A stretch of DNA of 64,000 bases, from positions 160,001-224,000 of the forward strand of contig CAWBEI010000002.1 in NCBI GenBank assembly GCA_963787835.1, in the 5' to 3' direction. A program made the position numbers and the translations under genes. Positions within the stretch are counted from its first letter, which is position 1. The number at the start of each line of letters is the position of its first letter. Positions 57,514 to 64,000 of the stretch are shown piece by piece. The notes beneath the pieces were generated by a model. It saw nothing but the letters and a program-made list of their open reading frames with translations, had not been told where the DNA came from and ran no database searches. This DNA comes from Ignavibacteriota bacterium (lineage in GTDB: Bacteria; Bacteroidota; Ignavibacteria; Palsa-1295).

Positions 57514-58985
57514 TACTCACCACTCCATTCGTATGTAAACGAACAATGAAAGAAAATCTCCTTGATAAATCTGAAATTATCAATTGGCGTATGGTTGTCT
57601 GTTTTGGGCTCGCAACATTAGCCACTCGCATGTTTGCCAGCTATATATTCCCGCAATTTGACGATAGCTTCATCACATTGCGTCACGCTCGAAATCTGGC
57701 AACAGGCAACGGTTTTGTTTTCAATCGGGGTGCTGCGATTCTTGGAATTAGCTGCCCACTGTTCGGACTCTTAGAGGCTTTTCTCTTTAAGATTCGTCTT
57801 CCAATGCCGATTACTGTCCTAATTCTGAATATTGGCTTAGATGTTGCGGTACTTGTCTGGGGTTTGAGAATCCTTGCACAAAATGGCGGAAACATTTCTG
57901 CATTTATTTTTGGGATAGTCTTCGCGCTTAGCCCGTCACTTGCCCGCATTACCATCGGAGATATGGAGGTAAATTTATTTCTCACATTTAGTCTGTTTTC
58001 TATTTCGCTTTTTTATGCTGGAAAAACTTTTACAGCCATTGCACTTGCGTCTATTACTTTCTTCATTCGAGAAGAGGCCCTAATTTTAGTTGCTATTCTT
58101 ATAGCATTGGAGTTCTTCCAGAGATCGAAGTTACATGCACTTCGACTTGCTGGAGTAAGCATTCTTGCTGTGATTCCTGGTCTTGCCATCATATATTATT
58201 CCTATGGCAGCATTATTCCACAGTCGGTACTAATAAAACTTGGGTGGAGATCACCCACATTTTTTTACCCTCTCCATGACCTCCTTCTCAATGACCCCGT
58301 CGGAATAGTTTTGATTCCATTCACGATTTTAGGAGGTTGGCTGGTAAAACAAAAAAGAGGCCAAATGCAGACCATTGTAATTTGGATGTTGCTACTTATC
58401 CTGATTTATTGTGCAAATCACTCAAGAATAATGCCTTGGTACGGCGAGGTTAGCCATTTCGGACAATTTATTTTGGGTTCATTGGGTTTGGGGATTATTC
58501 TCCAGAGGTCGACTAAAATTTCTCGATTGTTCTCCCAGAATTGGATGCTCTATTCCAGCACTCTCGCTATACTCGCAATTTGGTCATTCATCGCATGTAA
58601 AGTCGGACCCAGCCGAGTGACAACTAATATTTACACACGATTAGAGCAGTGGGGGAGTAGCCATTCGCTCCAATCAGCGACGATTATGGCATCGGATATC
58701 GGTGCATTGGGGTACTATTCTGATGCCACAATCTTAGATCTCGATGGATTAGTATGGCCGACTGAATTGCGAAAAGACCCGGTGCAGGTCGTACGAGTTT
58801 TCAAACCTACTTTTTTATTTCTCATTCGATCGAGACAAAGCTATAATTTAATGCAAAATTCCGTTATTAGAGACTCGTATCTGCAAACGAGGGAATTTGC
58901 ACAGGATTCAGGTGTGATGCCGCTTCAGAGTGCACCTGATTCTTGGAATCAAAATTATGTTCTTTTCCAAAGGGTTGAAAAATGA
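57510..58985 (+). CDS. Multi-pass GT-C fold glycosyltransferase-like protein
   Basis: DDSFITLRHARNLATGNGFVFN luminal motif, GDME, R.E, DIGALGYYS...DLDGL. Confidence 0.7.
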   Translation: MILTTPFVCKRTMKENLLDKSEIINWRMVVCFGLATLATRMFASYIFPQFDDSFITLRHARNLATGNGFVFNRGAAILGISCPLFGLLEAFLFKIRLPMPITVLILNIGLDVAVLVWGLRILAQNGGNISAFIFGIVFALSPSLARITIGDMEVNLFLTFSLFSISLFYAGKTFTAIALASITFFIREEALILVAILIALEFFQRSKLHALRLAGVSILAVIPGLAIIYYSYGSIIPQSVLIKLGWRSPTFFYPLHDLLLNDPVGIVLIPFTILGGWLVKQKRGQMQTIVIWMLLLILIYCANHSRIMPWYGEVSHFGQFILGSLGLGIILQRSTKISRLFSQNWMLYSSTLAILAIWSFIACKVGPSRVTTNIYTRLEQWGSSHSLQSATIMASDIGALGYYSDATILDLDGLVWPTELRKDPVQVVRVFKPTFLFLIRSRQSYNLMQNSVIRDSYLQTREFAQDSGVMPLQSAPDSWNQNYVLFQRVEK

Positions 58986-59019
58986 AGAGGAATTCTGATT
59001 CAACCTTTTTGCAGTTAAA

Positions 59020-60549
59020 ATGAGTGGTGAAGTTCAAAATCAAGCTTATTACTCGGCCGGTTCTCGCTTAGTGCGGGGTGCTGCGAGCGGCCTATTTCTT
59101 AACATCCTTTCGAATGCATTCCTGTTTGTTGGCCAACTTATTATTCCTCGGATGCTTTCGAGGACAGAGTATGCGCAATTTACCGTTTCCATCAGTTTTG
59201 TCGTGATGATGAGCCTTGTGGCCGACTTAGGGATGAATTCCTTGTTCACACGAGTATTCTCAGAAGCAGAAGAGGATGCTTCGGTAGGACATCCCGACCG
59301 TCGGGGGAAACTGATCGGTAGCGCGCTCGCACTTCGTGTGGGTCTCGCGCTTATCGTGGCAGCGTTGGTTCTCCTTATTGCTCCGCAATTATATTCATCC
59401 GGCATGGTCGTGAACATGCAAATTGTATTAATTACAATCTTTATTTCATCCAGACTGCTGATCGTACGAGCGGTTGGAGAATCGATTCTTAAAAGCCGAG
59501 GGAAATTTTATCTTGCAGCTGCGTTTGCTCTTGCCGATGCAGTTGCCTTCGCGATCGCATTATTGATATGCTCGGGTGATCATCTTTCGGTATCACAGGT
59601 TCTTTTCATTTACTCATTTTCCAACCTTCCTGGGTTTGCTCTGCTATGTGTGTCCACAGCCAGATGGTGCCGGACGGAACGCATTTTACTCAGAGTAGAT
59701 TGGCATACGATCTTAGAATTCATAAGAGGCGCCCTGCCCCTCAGTGTGGCTATCGGCTTTCTCACGATACACACAGAAATTGATAAATTATTATTAGATC
59801 GCTTGAGTAGCCCATACGAAGTATCCAGCTATGGTGCAATGGTTAGGCTAATCTCCGCAGTTATTCCAATCCCACTTGTCATTGCTTATGTCGCTGCTCC
59901 GGAACTCACGCGGCTAATGCGGCGGGGGGACCATGTTAAGTCAAAACGATTGACGGGTCTTGTGCTTCGGTTTTTGATGGTGTCTGCGGGTATAATTATC
60001 GTAACGTTACTTCCATCCTCAACCATGGCTGCGACGCTCTTTCTTGGTGCGAAATATTCCGCTTCAGGTTATCTTCTTCAATATATGGGATGGATGCTAT
60101 TACCAATTTTTATTTCGACGTTTCTAACCGAAATGAGCATCGCTGCAGGAAAATCATGGCCATTCACCGTTTACGCCACGATATTGATGGCGGCAGTCAT
60201 TTTGGGAGACTTCATCTTGATACCTTCCTATGGTGCGGCAGGGGCGATGATCTCCAAATTAATAGCTGTCTCACTTGGCTGCGTCGGATTATTAGGACTT
60301 CTCTGGAAGTCCGAATTCTTGACTATGAACCTGTTAACAAAACTTGTGCTCAAGGTTATCGTAGCAATGAGCATGGCATTTATTATCAACATCGCGATAC
60401 CAGTAGGATTTATTTCCCCATGGATTGAATCTGCTTTGCTTTTAGTAGTGTTCCTATGCTTGGTTCATCTACTTAAGATCCTTTCTATTTCAGATGTTCA
60501 TAGCCTATTTAGTAGAATTAAAGTGGAGACCACCGGTGAAACGATCTAA
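59020..60549 (+). CDS. wzx: Oligosaccharide flippase (Wzx)
   Basis: 12-14 TM segments, ADLG, IDKLLL...EVSSYG, LIPSYGAAGA. Confidence 0.85.
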   Translation: MSGEVQNQAYYSAGSRLVRGAASGLFLNILSNAFLFVGQLIIPRMLSRTEYAQFTVSISFVVMMSLVADLGMNSLFTRVFSEAEEDASVGHPDRRGKLIGSALALRVGLALIVAALVLLIAPQLYSSGMVVNMQIVLITIFISSRLLIVRAVGESILKSRGKFYLAAAFALADAVAFAIALLICSGDHLSVSQVLFIYSFSNLPGFALLCVSTARWCRTERILLRVDWHTILEFIRGALPLSVAIGFLTIHTEIDKLLLDRLSSPYEVSSYGAMVRLISAVIPIPLVIAYVAAPELTRLMRRGDHVKSKRLTGLVLRFLMVSAGIIIVTLLPSSTMAATLFLGAKYSASGYLLQYMGWMLLPIFISTFLTEMSIAAGKSWPFTVYATILMAAVILGDFILIPSYGAAGAMISKLIAVSLGCVGLLGLLWKSEFLTMNLLTKLVLKVIVAMSMAFIINIAIPVGFISPWIESALLLVVFLCLVHLLKILSISDVHSLFSRIKVETTGETI

Positions 60550-61501
60550 TGGATGGGATCTTAAATCATGGAGTGTTGGTGCCGAGGAATCCACTGACCC
60601 GTCACTGCCACTTGTTACCATCGGGATTCTGAATTACAATCGTTGCGAGGATCTTAGACGGACGCTGGATGTGATCTTTCGGGGTGTCATATACCCGAGG
60701 GTGGAAGTCATCGTCGTGGACAACGGATCGTCCGATGGTAGCGTTGAGATGATTCGCGCGGAATTCCCAAAAGCGAAGTTACATGAAGTTGGTTGGAATG
60801 CTGGCACAAGTTCGAGAAACTGGGAAATGCGGTTGGCCACCGGTAAATACATTTTTAGCTTCGATGACGATACTATTCCTGCGACACCTGCCACAATCCT
60901 ACGAATGGTTAAATATATGGAGTCTCATGAGAACATCGATGCTCTTGTAAGCACATATTACCAACCCATCGCAGGATTCGATGAGACGGGAGAAGATCCT
61001 TGGTTCCGATTTGGAGGCAATGGTGTTGAAGGGTTTGAAGGGATATATCTTGCAGAAGGCGGAACGTGCTTCCGTGTTAGTTCTCTTCGTGCTGTCGATG
61101 GATATGATGAACGAATCATTTGTTATCGCGAAGGGTATGATTTGGCACTGCAGCTGTATAAGGCTGGGTATGGCATTCGTTTCTGCCCTTGGTTTGTCAC
61201 CCTGCATTTGAAGTCCCCTTCCATGCGAGTTTCGGGTCGATTTGCTTTTCTGAATGCGCAACACCATATTTGGATTATTGCTAAACATTGGCCCTTGCTT
61301 CTTGTACCTCCGATGTTATCTCTATGGCTATTGCGACGGGTTCTTGGCGCCATTATTCATCCCAGCGTCGCACAGGCAAGCATGAAAGGAGTAATGAGCG
61401 GACTCCGGGGAGTTCGTCCATTTCTAAGATACCGACCAAAGCTCTCGTTGAAGCAGCTGATACTCTTAAAACGATTTTACATCCAGCTCTATCGCTGGTA
61501 A
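60494..61501 (+). CDS. Glycosyltransferase family 2
   Basis: ILNYN, VVDNGSSDGS, FDDD; the start may be GTG 60536. Confidence 0.9.
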   Translation: MFIAYLVELKWRPPVKRSNGWDLKSWSVGAEESTDPSLPLVTIGILNYNRCEDLRRTLDVIFRGVIYPRVEVIVVDNGSSDGSVEMIRAEFPKAKLHEVGWNAGTSSRNWEMRLATGKYIFSFDDDTIPATPATILRMVKYMESHENIDALVSTYYQPIAGFDETGEDPWFRFGGNGVEGFEGIYLAEGGTCFRVSSLRAVDGYDERIICYREGYDLALQLYKAGYGIRFCPWFVTLHLKSPSMRVSGRFAFLNAQHHIWIIAKHWPLLLVPPMLSLWLLRRVLGAIIHPSVAQASMKGVMSGLRGVRPFLRYRPKLSLKQLILLKRFYIQLYRW

Positions 61502-61513
61502 CAACTTCCGAGA

Positions 61514-62749
61514 GTGAAAATCCTCCAGCTCACCCCTCGCATGCCCTACCCGCTCACTGATGGTGGCGCGATAGGGATTTTCAATATTACAAAATCGCTT
61601 GCGGAACTTGGGGAAGATATTACGCTTGTAACCTATCCTTTAGATGAAATAACTGCAACTCAGGATGCTGTACATGCGCTTTCGAAATTTTCGAAAGTAG
61701 AAATGGTCTCGAAGCCTTTGCCTCCGCGCTGGAACGTATTGACACGGACGATTTTCCACGGAGCATATCCCATTGAGCGCAGGATGATGCCAGAGATGTT
61801 CGATTTGCTAAGAAAAATAGTAGCGAGAGATAAATTCGATGTTGTGCATGTCGATCATTCCCACATGGGTAAATATGGCTTGTGGCTTAAACGTGAATTC
61901 GGACTCCCCGTCGTTCTTCGGGAACATAATTTTGAAGCCTTGATCTACGAGCGTTTTGCTCGCACAGAGCCAAATCCTTTGAAGCGCTTATTGGCTGGCA
62001 TCCATGGGCGGCGGCTAAAACAGGAAGAAATTCAATTTCTGAAAAATTTCGACGCTGTCGCCGCGATCACAAACGAAGACGCGGTGCTAATGCGCAGGGT
62101 CGCCCCGGAAGCGAAAATTCGCGTTATTCCTGCAGGGGTGGATACATCGTACTTCCAACCTTCGACCCAACCTGAAGACTCTAACCAGATCCTGTGGGTA
62201 GGCAGCCTCGGTTGGGATCCGAATTACGACGCTGTTCGGTATTTTCTTACGTCAATTTTTCCGATCATCCTTGAATCTAGTCCAGATGCAAAATTTGATG
62301 TGGTGGGTAATGAATCAGGTCGTGTCTCGAAATTCTCAGAGCGATTTGGAGCACGAGTACGGTTACTCGGACAAGTCCCAGATGTGCGTGACTATTTAGC
62401 CCGTTCTGCCGTTCTTGTGGTACCCCTGAGGATCGGTGGTGGAATGAGACTAAAATTACTCGATTTCTTTGCTGCCGGAAAAGCAGTGGTGACTACTTCC
62501 ATTGGATCCGAAGGTAATTTGGCTAAGGATTCCGTTGAGGTATTGATCCATGATGAACCTCGAGCCTTTGCAGCGGCAACATCCGAGCTTTTGAGGAATG
62601 CCGACATGCGACACAAGCTGGGAGGATCGGCAAGAAAACTTGTTATGCAAGAATATAGCTGGGAAAAAATAGGAGAAGATTTTATTGCGCTCTATCAATC
62701 AGCCCTCTCCAAGAGCACTGAGAGAATGCAAACTGCTACCTTAGAATAG
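61514..62749 (+). CDS. Glycosyltransferase family 4
   Basis: PYPLTDGG, HNFE, GVD..YF, VVPLRIGGGMRLK. Confidence 0.9.
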   Translation: MKILQLTPRMPYPLTDGGAIGIFNITKSLAELGEDITLVTYPLDEITATQDAVHALSKFSKVEMVSKPLPPRWNVLTRTIFHGAYPIERRMMPEMFDLLRKIVARDKFDVVHVDHSHMGKYGLWLKREFGLPVVLREHNFEALIYERFARTEPNPLKRLLAGIHGRRLKQEEIQFLKNFDAVAAITNEDAVLMRRVAPEAKIRVIPAGVDTSYFQPSTQPEDSNQILWVGSLGWDPNYDAVRYFLTSIFPIILESSPDAKFDVVGNESGRVSKFSERFGARVRLLGQVPDVRDYLARSAVLVVPLRIGGGMRLKLLDFFAAGKAVVTTSIGSEGNLAKDSVEVLIHDEPRAFAAATSELLRNADMRHKLGGSARKLVMQEYSWEKIGEDFIALYQSALSKSTERMQTATLE

Positions 62750-63946
62750 ATGATTTATCTTGCAGCAGGCTGCTTCCTCCTACTATTTTACTCCTACGTG
62801 GGGTTTCCGCTCCTTGTAGCACTTCTTGCGCGCCTTCGACCAAGCAGGTGGAGCGTGGATGAGACCTACCGTCCGACCGTTTCGATCATTTTGCCGGCTT
62901 TCAATGAAGCATTGGTCCTACGCAGATGTTTAGAATCTCTTCTCAGACAAAATTATCCACAAGAGAAAATTGAGATTCTCTGTGGATCGGACGGATCGAC
63001 CGACCAAACCAACGCTATCCTAAACGATATCGCCGAGCACCACTCAATAATCCGTCCTTTTTTCTTTCAACATCAACGCGGGAAGATGCTCACGTTAAAT
63101 GACTTGGTAGCCAAAGCTCAAAATGAAATTCTCCTTTTTGTGGATGCGGATGTTACTCTGAATCCGAATGCGGTGCTGAGTCATGTCAGGCACTATGTTG
63201 ATTCCACTGTTGGAGGAGTTGCCGGGCGACTTGTGATTGCCAGCGAACGAAAGGACGGGATCTTCCGCTCAGAATCTACCTTTCTTTCATTTGAGAGCAA
63301 TCTTCGGAGAAATGAAGCAGAAATCGGTTCGACGGTCGGCCTATATGGAGGTAACTATTCTATGCGTCATTCGCTTTGGAGGACACTGCCCAATGATCGC
63401 GTCCATGATGATTTCTTCGGGGTTCTTTCCATAATTGAGAAGGGACAGCGCCTACTTTTTGAGGAGGGTGCTGTCTCGACTGAACTCTACGCCAGAAATT
63501 ATCGAGACGAAGCGTCAAGAAAACGACGCAACCCAGCCAGGGGACTCTATACTCTCACGCTTATGCCAGACATGATTTTTCATGGCATCGGAGCTTGGAT
63601 GTTGTGGCCTCACAAGATCTTACGTTGGACCACCGGATTTCTCGGACTCGGAGCGGTCGTTGGAAGCGTTGGAGCCTATTTGAATGGCAATCATTGGCTA
63701 CTTCCGCTAGTACTAATCGAGGGCTTTTGCATCATTTTGGTTCTTTTGGGTGGACTAACGCGGAACCTCAAGCATCCAATACCTATTGCAAGTGGACTCT
63801 ACTGGTTTTTCAGTATGAATGTCGCGTTCACATTGGGAGTAATTGATTTTTTGCTAGCTCGGCAAAACCCGATATGGAATCAGACCACGAGGCTCAGCGA
63901 TATCTCTCACAGTAAGGTCGTCGAGCAGGAGGCGATCCATTCGTGA
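62750..63946 (+). CDS. Glycosyltransferase family 2 (membrane-anchored, IcaA-like)
   Basis: PAFNE, SDGSTD, RGK, FVDAD, DDF, RKRR, HKILRW. Confidence 0.9.
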   Translation: MIYLAAGCFLLLFYSYVGFPLLVALLARLRPSRWSVDETYRPTVSIILPAFNEALVLRRCLESLLRQNYPQEKIEILCGSDGSTDQTNAILNDIAEHHSIIRPFFFQHQRGKMLTLNDLVAKAQNEILLFVDADVTLNPNAVLSHVRHYVDSTVGGVAGRLVIASERKDGIFRSESTFLSFESNLRRNEAEIGSTVGLYGGNYSMRHSLWRTLPNDRVHDDFFGVLSIIEKGQRLLFEEGAVSTELYARNYRDEASRKRRNPARGLYTLTLMPDMIFHGIGAWMLWPHKILRWTTGFLGLGAVVGSVGAYLNGNHWLLPLVLIEGFCIILVLLGGLTRNLKHPIPIASGLYWFFSMNVAFTLGVIDFLLARQNPIWNQTTRLSDISHSKVVEQEAIHS

Positions 63947-64000
63947 CGCAACGCAAGGAATTTGCACTCCTCGTCGTAGGAGATTTTATCGCCTTGAACG
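63943..64000 (+). CDS. Start of the next gene, probably the N-terminal TM of a priming sugar transferase (truncated by the window)
   Basis: GTGA overlap; MTQRKEFALLVVGDFIALN. Product inferred from context and the hydrophobic ...GD... pattern only. Confidence 0.45.
   Translation, partial: MTQRKEFALLVVGDFIALN

Noticed and set aside
1-64000. tRNA, rRNA, CRISPR array, integrase or transposase genes
   Set aside because: None recognised by eye; tRNAscan-SE, Infernal and ISEScan runs would be needed to exclude them formally.

Overview
A gene-dense bacterial window. T9SS-type C-terminal sorting domains, TAnnTTTG (-7) promoter elements, a CxxxY-type CcmE and glgA followed by a DUF4270-like gene point to the FCB group, possibly a Kapabacteria/Ignavibacteria-like lineage (inference only). 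Most of the content is housekeeping: ruvC, hpnC/hpnD, ctaA/ctaB, ccmE/ccmF, a polyprenyl synthase, tatC, glyA, two RpiB paralogues, glgA, an envC-like gene, lysS, argD, yebC, an amidase and a methylmalonyl-CoA mutase catalytic subunit. The window ends in a Wzx/Wzy-type surface polysaccharide locus (48.7-64 kb). No rRNA, tRNA, CRISPR array or transposase was recognised. The most notable observations are: (1) a three-site AraC regulon with identical geometry at each promoter, where the regulator's own last codons form part of the conserved motif; (2) an XRE-controlled pair of secreted proteins, a putative TIMP/NTR-like protein plus a T9SS metzincin; (3) a riboswitch-like structured leader with an RBS-sequestering hairpin upstream of a tandem ferritin-like (DUF455-type) enzyme; (4) a GNAT gene bracketed by ~55-bp inverted repeats between two convergent stop codons; (5) GTCAT...ATGAC palindromic repeats sitting in frame at the 5' end of two genes; (6) a tandem pair of mini T9SS proteins, a TIR-domain gene relic and a frameshifted CDF transporter. 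All family assignments come from motif recognition by eye, not from database searches.
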